Assembly: GCA_043814315.1 (NCBI GenBank)
Contig: JBDRKE010000033.1
Span: 10,422 to 74,421 of the forward strand
Origin: Candidatus Omnitrophota bacterium
GTDB taxonomy: Bacteria; Omnitrophota; Gorgyraeia; Gygaellales; Profunditerraquicolaceae
Reading direction: 5' to 3'
DNA length: 64,000 nt
The notes under the pieces are model-generated. The model saw only the letters and a program-made list of their open reading frames with translations, made no database searches and had not been told where the DNA came from. Shown here in pieces: positions 19,543 through 27,941 of the stretch (position 1 is the first letter of the stretch; every line of letters starts with the position of its first letter). The position numbers and the translations under genes were made by a program.

Positions 19543-20088
19543 TCAGGGCCGGGTGAGAGTGGGAATGGTTATATTCTCATAGCCGTAGATTTCCTCTGCC
19601 TTTTTATAGAGTTTATTCCAGTATTCTTTTCCTTCTGCGGTTTCAGGTGAAGTGAACTTGGCGGTGTCTTTCTTGAGTTGCAGGTCGGTTTCCAGCATGA
19701 TCCTGCCGACATCCGTCCGTTCCAAGAGAGGGTCTATGATATTATCAGGAGAATCAGGCCGTAAGTTCACCCAGAAGAAGTCGTTGGGCAGAGTGAGGCC
19801 GATAAGGAAATAGTTTAGGAGCGTCTTGGTTGTATCCTCAATTTCCCGGGGCTGGGGGTTCTTGAGGCTGCCTTTGTCTAGAAAAAATTGGAAGCTGTTA
19901 TTGAGATTATCGTATTGAAGGTACCTTAAATGCAGGGGGCGAAAGGTGTCCGGAACTAAGGAATTATGCAGTGCTGCTAAGTGGCCGGCAATATTCAACT
20001 GGCCTGCAACCTGGGCAAAGCCGGATTGCTGGAAGATGAGCAGAAGGCACAATAATAGAGATAATAATTTTGTTATTTTCCCTGACAT
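19543..20088 (-). CDS. giant modular secreted protein paralog, N-terminal fragment (signal peptide + conserved domain), ends at TGA replacing conserved Trp
   Basis: 181 aa colinear with residues 1-187 of the 38398 product. ...LTRP-TGA-IVPGEIIIRE here corresponds to ...LTRPWIVPGEIIIRE in the paralog. Confidence 0.75.
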   Translation of the reverse strand: MSGKITKLLSLLLCLLLIFQQSGFAQVAGQLNIAGHLAALHNSLVPDTFRPLHLRYLQYDNLNNSFQFFLDKGSLKNPQPREIEDTTKTLLNYFLIGLTLPNDFFWVNLRPDSPDNIIDPLLERTDVGRIMLETDLQLKKDTAKFTSPETAEGKEYWNKLYKKAEEIYGYENITIPTLTRP

Positions 20089-20135
20089 TTATTGCGGTTT
20101 TAAGAGATTTTGGTTTCTCAGCCTTTATTAATAAT

Positions 20136-20164
20136 AGTATACACATTTAGGTAAGGGGATTCAA
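20136..20164 (-). promoter_or_regulatory. candidate sigma70 promoter for the minus-strand giant paralog
   Basis: On the minus strand: TTGAAT, 17-nt spacer, TATACT, about 45 nt upstream of ATG 20088. Confidence 0.4.
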
Positions 20165-20396
20165 TATAAAATAGGAAACCTAAGAAAGGGTTTTCTCTTA
20201 AGAAGACAAGGAAAGCTAACTACGCGAAATAACGCTTGGCGAAATATTATCTACGCCTTATACTTACTATTGAAGAATGACTGGCGGCTTAGAGTTTTAG
20301 ATTTTTATCCAGTCAAGATTATTCTTGTAACTCATTGTTTAGCAAGCTATTTCAAGACCCGATCTTGAAAATTTTAAAAAACGTTACCTTATTCAA

Positions 20397-20651
20397 TTAA
20401 AACCTAGGATTTTCTGGGGCAGGGGGCTGATCTTTGCCTTTCGTTTTTTCAAGTGTTGTTTGGAGTAGAAGCATGAATCTTTCTATGCCGATACGGTCCA
20501 TGGCAACTCTAGCAACTGTTTTAATTGGCCCTGGTTGGCCATGTTCGCTTGGTGGCTCTTGAAAGCGGAAGTCAAGAATAAAAGTTACGCCATTATTTGT
20601 ACCTACTCCGAAATTGTTACAACAAACCGGAATCATTTTTTCTTCTTCCAT
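20397..20651 (-). CDS. small conserved protein, DUF3467-like
   Basis: 84 aa; the aggagg SD precedes the ATG. The N-terminal segment ...NNFGVGTNNGVTFILDFRF... resembles DUF3467. This is from memory, not a search. Confidence 0.45.
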   Translation of the reverse strand: MEEEKMIPVCCNNFGVGTNNGVTFILDFRFQEPPSEHGQPGPIKTVARVAMDRIGIERFMLLLQTTLEKTKGKDQPPAPENPRF

Positions 20652-20731
20652 GATTCACCTCCTGACAAAAGTATACAGTACGAAAAAGACCTCTTGCGTC
20701 CCCGGAGCTTTGTGAAAGCGGCGGGGAAAAG

Positions 20732-20752
20732 CGACAGGTTCATTTAAACTAA
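20732..20752 (+). repeat. 21-bp direct repeat, left copy (cassette boundary)
   Basis: cgacaggttcatttaaactaa is identical to 22418-22438. Confidence 0.9.
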
Positions 20753-20835
20753 TCATTTGGCAAAGATTGCAGAAATTGAGCATTAAGACCTTTGTTCCGA
20801 GTCTATGTAGAGCACCAGGTTCTTCAAGAAGTTGA

Positions 20836-22407
20836 TTGATCAACGGTCCGATTTCTTATATAAAGATGAAAGAGGAATATAATAATCTTTTATGCAAAAT
20901 AGGTCATTCACATTTTTCTGAGAAGAGCATTATTTTGATTATTCTATTCTCAAGTTTTCTAGTCTATGCACCAATCCTCGATAATTATTTTTCAATGGAT
21001 GACTTTCTCTATCTTTCATTTGCCCGTGAAAATGGGCTAGCCTTAAAAAGCTTTTTTACACCTGAAAGATGCCATATTCCTGTTATCGCGAGATTTCTAT
21101 TCGTACTTCAATTCAAACTTTTTGGTACTAATCCTTTTCCTTATCATTTAGTTAGCGTATCTTTACATTTGTTGTCTATTTTTCTTTGTATTAATTTCTT
21201 TTCGAAGTTAACATCCAGAAAAGATATTGGATTGTTATCAGGTTTGCTTTTTGCTTTGTCCGCATCGCATTGTAATACAGTCATGTGGATTATACTACAA
21301 GCTCAGATAATGACTTCTGTGTGGTTTCTTATCTGTGGGATCTATTTTTTAAAATATATGGAGACAAAAAAGCTTTCATTTCTGTTCCTATCCTTTTTCT
21401 TTCATCTTCTTATGCTATTTTCATTTACGAGCGGCTTTAGCGTACCGTTGTTATTCATATCTTTATATTTTATTTTTTATAGTTTTCAAGAAAATAGGTA
21501 TCAAAAAATAAGAAAAGGTTTTTTTATAGTCATTCCTTTCATTGCTAACATTGTTTTATTTTTTGTGCTCAACACTATTCTTTTGTCTGGCCAAGATACT
21601 CTTATAGGAAATATGGGCGGTTTAAGCGGGTTTTTAGTGAATCTGCCTCAGGCTGTTTGGTACTTAATGGGAGGAATTTGGTATGGTTACGTCCGAACAT
21701 TTATGGGTATATTTGTTCGTAATGCGTGGGGGAATATTTTCGCATATATTATTGTTTTAAGTATATTCGTGCTATCATTTTCCGGGCTTAAAAAAAATAA
21801 AAAATTAATTTTTTGGCTTATAGCTGGTTTGGTATTAACGTATTTTCCGTCTGCGATCCCAAGGAAATCGTGTTATCGTGATTATTTTTGGTTTGTGACG
21901 CGTTTCCGTTATCGGTATTTACCTTGTGTTTTTGCTTCGGCTTTAGTATCAACTGTTTTTTTTAATTTACGTCTACCTAAGAAAAGGTTGCTTAAGAATA
22001 TTTTTTGCCTCTTATTATTTATCGCTTCAGGGTTTGTGATCACTCAAAATTATTATGCCATAAGAAAACGTGAATCATATATGCATAATCAATCACGTAA
22101 CTTAGAAATTTTTTTAAAAAAATTCTTGGATAATTTAAATGGTTTTCTTTTAAGTAAAGACACTGTTTATATTATCAATCAAGCCTTTTTTGACGAAAAT
22201 AGTCGATCATATAGGTTTTGTGGTTATGCTTATGCAGGTTGGTACGTGCACCCAAGTCAGGTTTGCAGTATGTATCTTTCTGATGACAATTTTAGTCGAA
22301 TAATATTTTTAGAGGAGGATAATTGGCAAAAGTTTATACACGAATCTGTTACAGTGTATCGAATTCAGCCAATAACAGGAAATCTAATTCCTGCAGTCAA
22401 ACACTAA
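20836..22407 (+). CDS. polytopic membrane protein, GT-C/ArnT-PMT-like glycosyltransferase candidate
   Basis: 523 aa with more than 10 predicted hydrophobic helices. It has a YFSMDDF loop after TM1 as in GT39/GT83-type enzymes, and markedly AT-rich codons. Confidence 0.45.
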   Translation: MINGPISYIKMKEEYNNLLCKIGHSHFSEKSIILIILFSSFLVYAPILDNYFSMDDFLYLSFARENGLALKSFFTPERCHIPVIARFLFVLQFKLFGTNPFPYHLVSVSLHLLSIFLCINFFSKLTSRKDIGLLSGLLFALSASHCNTVMWIILQAQIMTSVWFLICGIYFLKYMETKKLSFLFLSFFFHLLMLFSFTSGFSVPLLFISLYFIFYSFQENRYQKIRKGFFIVIPFIANIVLFFVLNTILLSGQDTLIGNMGGLSGFLVNLPQAVWYLMGGIWYGYVRTFMGIFVRNAWGNIFAYIIVLSIFVLSFSGLKKNKKLIFWLIAGLVLTYFPSAIPRKSCYRDYFWFVTRFRYRYLPCVFASALVSTVFFNLRLPKKRLLKNIFCLLLFIASGFVITQNYYAIRKRESYMHNQSRNLEIFLKKFLDNLNGFLLSKDTVYIINQAFFDENSRSYRFCGYAYAGWYVHPSQVCSMYLSDDNFSRIIFLEEDNWQKFIHESVTVYRIQPITGNLIPAVKH

Positions 22408-22417
22408 AATAAAAAAA

Positions 22418-22438
22418 CGACAGGTTCATTTAAACTAA
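22418..22438 (+). repeat. 21-bp direct repeat, right copy (cassette boundary)
   Basis: cgacaggttcatttaaactaa, 10 nt upstream of the ttcA ATG. Confidence 0.9.
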
Positions 22439-22448
22439 GAGAAATTAT

Positions 22449-23168
22449 ATGGCATTATTACAGGGCACGGAGTTTTACATATCGAAGCGCGTCGGACGGG
22501 CGATGGTGGATTATGAGATGCTTTCCGAAGGGGACAAAATCGCGGTGGCAGTCTCCGGCGGCAAGGACAGCCTGACCCTGCTTAAAGTTTTAGCTGACCG
22601 CCAGAGGTTTGTGCCTATCAAATACGAACTCCTGGCTGTCCATATTGATTTAGGGTATCCGCGCTCCCTGGCCAAGACCCTGGAAAAATACTTCAAAAAA
22701 ATCAAAGTCAAATATCATATTGAAAAAGTGGATACCCTCAGGAAGACGAAGCCCAAAGACATCAGTTGCTTCTGGTGTTCCTGGAACAGGCGAAAGGCCT
22801 TGTTTGAGACGGCAAACAGATTTGGCTGCACGAAAGTGGCCTTTGGCCACCATAAGGACGATATCGTGGAGACCCTCCTGCTGAATTTATTCTTTCACGG
22901 CGAGTTTTCCGCCATGTCCCCTAAGCAGCCCTTGTTTGAGGGTAAGATCGTTATCATCAGGCCCCTGGCCTATGTAGAGGAAGATAGGATCAGGAAATTT
23001 GCCAGGGAGGCCGGCTTTCCCCACGAGAAATGCTCCTGCCCCAACTCCCTGACTTCTAACCGCACGAAGATGGCTCGCATCATTAAGGAATTGGAAAAAG
23101 TCTGCCCCGAGATAAAGACCAACATTTTCAAAAGCGCCAAAAGGGTCAAGCAGGATTATTTGCTTTAA
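22449..23168 (+). CDS. ttcA: tRNA 2-thiocytidine biosynthesis protein TtcA-family PP-loop ATPase
   Basis: SGGKDS PP-loop, CFWCSWNRR and CSCP cysteine motifs, about 240 aa. Confidence 0.8.
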   Translation: MALLQGTEFYISKRVGRAMVDYEMLSEGDKIAVAVSGGKDSLTLLKVLADRQRFVPIKYELLAVHIDLGYPRSLAKTLEKYFKKIKVKYHIEKVDTLRKTKPKDISCFWCSWNRRKALFETANRFGCTKVAFGHHKDDIVETLLLNLFFHGEFSAMSPKQPLFEGKIVIIRPLAYVEEDRIRKFAREAGFPHEKCSCPNSLTSNRTKMARIIKELEKVCPEIKTNIFKSAKRVKQDYLL

Positions 23169-23198
23169 TGGGCTTGCGGATAGTGGTATAATAAATCT

Positions 23199-24131
23199 AT
23201 GAATTGGGTAATCGCAATACTATTCTTGGGATTTGCTTTGGCCGTGATCCTTATCGTTCTGAGGATTTCATCCCAGATGAATGAGCGCCTCAGCTCAATG
23301 AATCAGGCCCTTCAGGCAGCGCATCAGACGATCGGCCAAAACCTAAGCAGTTTTGGCAGCGTCAAGGAGCAACTCGGTAAGCTAGAGGCCACCAATGCCC
23401 AGATACTTGAGGTGAGCAAAAATCTGGCCAGTTTTCAGGAGCTTTTACGCGCGCCTAAATTCAGAGGCCAGATGGGAGAAACGCTCCTCGAAAATTTATT
23501 GGCACAGGTCTTGCCCAGAGAGCACTTCCATATCCAGTATCGGTTTAAGTCCGGCGATACTGTGGATGCCGTCATCCACTTAGGCGAACGCCTTGTTCCC
23601 ATTGATGCGAAGTTTAGCCTGGAGAATTTTCAGAAGATGCTGGATGCCCAGGAGGAGCCCTTGAAGGCTTCATTCCGAAGAAAATTTATCCAGGATGTTA
23701 AAAACCGCGTCAATGAAATCTCAGAAAAGTATATTCTGCCCCAGGAGAACACCTATGATTTTTCCCTGATGTACATACCTGCGGAGAATGTCTATTATGA
23801 GGTCATCATCAAAGAAGACCTTTTTTCTTATTGCATGTCCAAGAAGGTTATCCCGGTTTCACCCAATACGTTCTATGCCTATCTTCAGGTTATCTGTTTA
23901 GGGCTCAAAGGGTTAAAGATTGAGGAAAATGCCAAGGTCATATTAAAAAATCTTAGTATGCTGACCATAGAAATCAATAAGTTCAAGGAAGATTTTGACA
24001 CTTTAGGCATTCATCTTGGTAATGCCAGGAACAAATACGAAGACAGCCAAAAGAGGCTGGATAGGTTCTCGGACAGATTGACGGGTATTCAGGATGCCGA
24101 GCAGATAGAGGGAGGCCAAGGAAAGGCATGA
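23199..24131 (+). CDS. rmuC: DNA recombination protein RmuC
   Basis: N-terminal TM/coiled coil, LRAPKFRGQMGE, PIDAKF and YIPAENVYYE motifs. Confidence 0.85.
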   Translation: MNWVIAILFLGFALAVILIVLRISSQMNERLSSMNQALQAAHQTIGQNLSSFGSVKEQLGKLEATNAQILEVSKNLASFQELLRAPKFRGQMGETLLENLLAQVLPREHFHIQYRFKSGDTVDAVIHLGERLVPIDAKFSLENFQKMLDAQEEPLKASFRRKFIQDVKNRVNEISEKYILPQENTYDFSLMYIPAENVYYEVIIKEDLFSYCMSKKVIPVSPNTFYAYLQVICLGLKGLKIEENAKVILKNLSMLTIEINKFKEDFDTLGIHLGNARNKYEDSQKRLDRFSDRLTGIQDAEQIEGGQGKA

Positions 24132-24427
24132 ATACGAATAGCTTTCATCCGGGGACCGCAGCTATTCTTTCCTTTATATTTAACGGCCTCGGCCAGCTCT
24201 ACAACGGCCAGCTCTTTAAAGGATTGGCGGTTATTTTCATCTCTTTTGTCAATATACTCGTATTCCTCGTCGGAAGCATTTTAATCGCGTTTTGGTTATT
24301 AGGAAAAACTGTCTCCGCCAATGCCCTGTGTTGGGGCCTTTCCCTCTTTTTTATCGGGTTGATTTCCATAGCCCTTTTAGGTATCTACAGCATTGTGGAC
24401 GCCTACCGGACCGCCGCCAAGAAATGA
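24128..24427 (+). CDS. small integral membrane protein
   Basis: 99 aa with three hydrophobic helices, translationally coupled on both sides (ATGA overlaps). Confidence 0.55.
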   Translation: MNTNSFHPGTAAILSFIFNGLGQLYNGQLFKGLAVIFISFVNILVFLVGSILIAFWLLGKTVSANALCWGLSLFFIGLISIALLGIYSIVDAYRTAAKK

Positions 24428-24642
24428 TTCTAGATGTTCGCGTTATCCCCAAAGCCAGCCGCAGCCTCGTTGTTAAAAAAGACAATTCTTTAAAGGTTTA
24501 TTTGACCAAGCCCGCTACCGGGGGCCTTGCGAACAGAGAGCTCATTTGCCTGTTATCCGAATATCTCAACATAAAAAAATACCAGATAAAAATTATTAAA
24601 GGTGAGAAATCAAGAGATAAACTCATTCAGGTTGATGGCTGA
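24424..24642 (+). CDS. DUF167 (YggU) family protein
   Basis: MILDVRVIPKASRS...GGLANRELICLLSEYL...IKGEKSRDK. ATG 24424 overlaps the upstream TGA. Confidence 0.75.
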   Translation: MILDVRVIPKASRSLVVKKDNSLKVYLTKPATGGLANRELICLLSEYLNIKKYQIKIIKGEKSRDKLIQVDG

Positions 24643-25342
24643 TGGCTCAAACTTAACCTGCGCTTTCAGCCATCGCCAACTCGGTAACATGTCTTTATTC
24701 TATGGGGACACGGAAGGCGCGTTTATCCATCGCAGGAGATTTCTGGAGCCTTTAGGTATGGATTATCGGGATTTAGTCTGCGCAGGGCAAATCCATTCTG
24801 ACCGCATCCACTATGTTACAGAGCAGGATAAAGGCAAAGGAGCTTCTTCGCATGAGGCCTCTATTACGGATACGGATGCCCTGATTACCGATAAGAAAGA
24901 TTTGCCTTTGGCTATATTTACGGCAGATTGCTTATCCGTCTTTTTATATGATCCTGTAAGGCCGGCTATCGGCTTGATTCATGCGGGCTGGCGCGGCTCC
25001 AAAGAGAATATTACGCTTAAGGCCCTGCAGCGCATGCAGGAGGTTTTTCAGACAGACCCTGCCTGTTTACGCGCGGGTTTCGGACCGGCTATAGGGGCCT
25101 GTTGCTATGAGGTCCGTCAAGACGTGCGCGCGAATTTCAGCGCGGGTTTTAAGGAAGAAGACAACCGTTATTATCTGGATCTGGCCTCCATCAACGAAAA
25201 ACAACTTTTGGATTTAGGGGTCAAGGCGGAAAATGTGATTCATGATTTTATTTGTACTTCCTGCCGCAATGATGATTTTTTTTCCTACCGCAAAGAGGGA
25301 AAAGGTTGCGGTAGAATCATGTCTGTGATGATGTTAAAATGA
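24635..25342 (+). CDS. pgeF: YfiH/PgeF-family purine nucleoside phosphorylase/laccase-domain protein
   Basis: TADCLSV, IHAGWRG and CCYEV motifs. The start is uncertain (24602 or 24635). Confidence 0.82.
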   Translation: MADGSNLTCAFSHRQLGNMSLFYGDTEGAFIHRRRFLEPLGMDYRDLVCAGQIHSDRIHYVTEQDKGKGASSHEASITDTDALITDKKDLPLAIFTADCLSVFLYDPVRPAIGLIHAGWRGSKENITLKALQRMQEVFQTDPACLRAGFGPAIGACCYEVRQDVRANFSAGFKEEDNRYYLDLASINEKQLLDLGVKAENVIHDFICTSCRNDDFFSYRKEGKGCGRIMSVMMLK

Positions 25343-26151
25343 TCCCTGAAAAACTCAAAGAAGTTATAAAAAAAAGCTGTAAAAAAGATTCTGTCGTATG
25401 CCTGAGTGGTGCGGGGATATCTGCAGAAAGCGGTATCCCGACATTTAGAGGCAAGGCAGGCTTATGGGAGAAATATGACCCTCAGATTTACGCTTATAGC
25501 GAGGGCCTCATCTCTCTCTTAAGGGAAAAACCGGAAGAGTTAGCCAATTTTATTGTAGATTTTTATTCTGTTCTTCTTCGGGCCCGGTTTAATCCTGCTC
25601 ATGCAGCTCTCTCGGCACTGGAAAAAAAGGGGATATTAAGATGCGTTATTACCCAAAACATCGACGATCTTCATAGATTGTCGGGCCAACGTCATATTAT
25701 CGAGCTGCACGGTAATGCCTTTAGAGCTAAATGCGGAGGTTGCTGTAAAGAAACGGTTCTGGAGAAAGAGGACATCGGGGAATTCATCCAATCCCTAAAA
25801 AAAAGCCGTCCGTCGCGCACAGCGCTGCTGAAGATTCTTAGCCAATATTTCCCGCGCTGTTCTTGCGGCTCCCGATTCAGAATCGATATTGTTTTGTTTG
25901 GAGAGATGCTTCCCCGGGAAGCTTTGTCCAACGCCTTAAGATCTTTGGATAACTGTCGCCTTCTTTTACTGATAGGCACTTCTTTGGAGGTTTATCCTGC
26001 GGCAAGTTTACCTCTGTACGCTAAAGAAAGAGGAGCGATACTCGTTGAAATCAATAGCAGCCCAGGTGCTTTATCGCCCATCTGCGATTACAGAATTCAA
26101 GGCTCGGCTTGCCAGGTTTTGCCAGAGATATTAAGCGTATTCGAGGAATAG
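25339..26151 (+). CDS. cobB: NAD-dependent protein deacylase (Sir2 family)
   Basis: GAGISAESGIPTFRG, QNIDDLH and CxxC...CxC zinc motifs. Confidence 0.88.
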   Translation: MIPEKLKEVIKKSCKKDSVVCLSGAGISAESGIPTFRGKAGLWEKYDPQIYAYSEGLISLLREKPEELANFIVDFYSVLLRARFNPAHAALSALEKKGILRCVITQNIDDLHRLSGQRHIIELHGNAFRAKCGGCCKETVLEKEDIGEFIQSLKKSRPSRTALLKILSQYFPRCSCGSRFRIDIVLFGEMLPREALSNALRSLDNCRLLLLIGTSLEVYPAASLPLYAKERGAILVEINSSPGALSPICDYRIQGSACQVLPEILSVFEE

Positions 26152-26156
26152 CCTCC

Positions 26157-26399
26157 ATGCCGCAGAAGTTTTCTCTTGAGTTTATATTGCACGTGCACGG
26201 CCCCGCGGGAGAGTCGATTAAGAGTGCGCTTTCGGAATTCGGCGATCATTTAGAGATTACGGATGACACGCAAGGCTCAGGAGAGGCCCGGGATTTTAAA
26301 ATTCGAATCCATACGGAAGATCCGACACTCGTATTTGACGTCTGCTCGCAGTTCGGAAGGATAAAGTCAGTTAAGATTAACGAAGAAGGGGGGCTTTAA
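26157..26399 (+). CDS. hypothetical small protein
   Basis: 80-aa ORF in operon context. No family recognised. Confidence 0.4.
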   Translation: MPQKFSLEFILHVHGPAGESIKSALSEFGDHLEITDDTQGSGEARDFKIRIHTEDPTLVFDVCSQFGRIKSVKINEEGGL

Positions 26400-26876
26400 A
26401 TGGCAAAGGCATTGGTTATCTATCATTCCAGGTCGGGAAACACCAAAAAGATGGCGCAGTTTGTTGCGCAGGGGATTGAGAAAGAAGGCTGCGGAGCTGT
26501 TTTAAAAGACGCCAAAGATGTCGCTGTCGATGAATTACTTAAGTACGATTGTCTCGTGATCGGCTCGCCCACTTACTACGGCACTATGGCAGCTGAGATT
26601 AAACAACTTTTGGATGAGTCAGTAAAATTCCATGGTAAACTGGAGGGAAAAGTCGGTGCGGCCTTTGCCTCCAGTGCCAATGTGGCCGGAGGTAATGAAA
26701 CCACGGTCTTAGATATATTGAACGCCATGCTGATTCATGGTATGATAATTCAAGGCGACCCGCAGGGAGACCATTACGGAGCCGTGGCTATCGGAGCGCC
26801 TGACGACAGGGCCACGAAGGAGTGCCTCAGGATGGGCTCGCGCGTCGCGAAATTAATAAAGAAAATTGCAGGTTGA
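26400..26876 (+). CDS. flavodoxin-fold FMN protein
   Basis: The VIYHSRSGNTKKMA phosphate-binding loop is typical of flavodoxin/WrbA-like proteins. Confidence 0.75.
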   Translation: MAKALVIYHSRSGNTKKMAQFVAQGIEKEGCGAVLKDAKDVAVDELLKYDCLVIGSPTYYGTMAAEIKQLLDESVKFHGKLEGKVGAAFASSANVAGGNETTVLDILNAMLIHGMIIQGDPQGDHYGAVAIGAPDDRATKECLRMGSRVAKLIKKIAG

Positions 26877-26881
26877 TTTCA

Positions 26882-27205
26882 ATGTACATCGTTATCTTAA
26901 TAACTGTTTCGAACAAAGAAGAATCAGAGCGAATTGCTCATGAGCTTATAAAAAATAAGCTTGTAGCCTGCGTGAATATGCTGGAGGGTGTGACGTCTCT
27001 GTTTTGGTGGGAGGGTAAAATCGATAAAGCCAAAGAAGTGCTCCTGGTGGCCAAGTCCAAGAAGGAGAAACTGGCCAAGATTATCAGATGCGTTAAATCC
27101 CTGCACAGTTACGAGGTGCCCGAGATTATTGCCCTGCCGATTATAGGGGGTAATAGAGCTTATTTAAAATGGATTGATATATCCCTCGCAGCAACTAGTA
27201 AATAG
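26882..27205 (+). CDS. cutA: divalent-cation tolerance protein CutA
   Basis: LVACVNM...S.FWWEGKI...E..L..K...HSYEVPEIIALP pattern. Start set at ATG 26882. Confidence 0.82.
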   Translation: MYIVILITVSNKEESERIAHELIKNKLVACVNMLEGVTSLFWWEGKIDKAKEVLLVAKSKKEKLAKIIRCVKSLHSYEVPEIIALPIIGGNRAYLKWIDISLAATSK

Positions 27206-27220
27206 AGGGGTGCTCGGGAT
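27181..27220. repeat. ATCCCTCGC...GCTCGGGAT hairpin (family copy 2), overlapping cutA stop
   Basis: atccc-tc-gca ... tgc-tc-gggat. Confidence 0.55.
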
Positions 27221-27271
27221 CATATCCATGAATTCTAAGGCCCAAGCTAATTCGATAGTCGGAGGCGAGGA

Positions 27272-27940
27272 ATGAATCTTTCAGGAACACCTCTTGATTA
27301 CCTTATAGCGTTTTTTGGGGGAGTGCTCGTCAGCTTTACTCCTTGCGTCTACCCCCTTATTCCGATAACCGTCGGTTATATCGGGGTCAAGGCCGGTAGC
27401 TCTAAGTCCCGGGGTTTCTTTTTGAGCGCCAGCTATGTGACGGGGATTGCCGTGACATATTCTTTGTTAGGGCTCCTGGCATCCCTGACGGGAACGATTT
27501 TTGGAAGCATCAGCTCAAGCCCCATAGCCTACTTTTTTGTGGGAGCCGTTATTATCCTGTTCGGGCTCTCGATGCTGGATTTATTTATCATTCCTGTTCC
27601 CCGCTTCATTAAACTGCCCTCCCTTAAGAAACAAAATACTTTTTCGGCATTTATATTAGGTTTGAGTTCCGGCCTGATAGCCGCACCCTGCCTGACTCCT
27701 GTGCTCGGTTCGATTCTCGTTTATTTAACGACGAAAAGAAATTTACTTTACGGGATCACTCTCTTGTTCAGCTTTGCTTACGGAATGGGTTCTGTTTTGA
27801 TTCTCCTGGGGACTTTTAGCGGCGTGTTAGTCAATCTTCCCAAATCCGGCAAATGGATGGGAATCATCAAGAGGCTTGCGGCGTTTGTTCTCATACTCTT
27901 GGGGGCCTATTTTATTGTTACAGCCATAAGGAGGTTATAA
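27272..27940 (+). CDS. ccdA: cytochrome c biogenesis/thiol-disulfide transporter CcdA (DsbD core)
   Basis: Six TM helices with conserved Cys in FTPCVYPLIP and APCLTPVLG. Confidence 0.85.
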   Translation: MNLSGTPLDYLIAFFGGVLVSFTPCVYPLIPITVGYIGVKAGSSKSRGFFLSASYVTGIAVTYSLLGLLASLTGTIFGSISSSPIAYFFVGAVIILFGLSMLDLFIIPVPRFIKLPSLKKQNTFSAFILGLSSGLIAAPCLTPVLGSILVYLTTKRNLLYGITLLFSFAYGMGSVLILLGTFSGVLVNLPKSGKWMGIIKRLAAFVLILLGAYFIVTAIRRL

Positions 27941-27941
27941 C

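Noticed and set aside
19543-19545. Genome-wide TGA-to-Trp (or Gly) recoding as the explanation for the in-frame TGA.
   Set aside because: TGA terminates many well-conserved genes at their expected ends in this window (ilvD, pilD, rmuC, pth, dnaB, porD, yfiH and others), and no other conserved gene is interrupted by TGA. The standard code 11 fits.
25339-26151. Sir2 protein as part of an anti-phage defence system (Sir2-containing systems).
   Set aside because: It is a compact sirtuin of CobB type with the usual NAD and zinc motifs, sits in a housekeeping operon, and has no fused or adjacent effector or sensor partner (no HerA, TIR, pAgo, STAND or similar).
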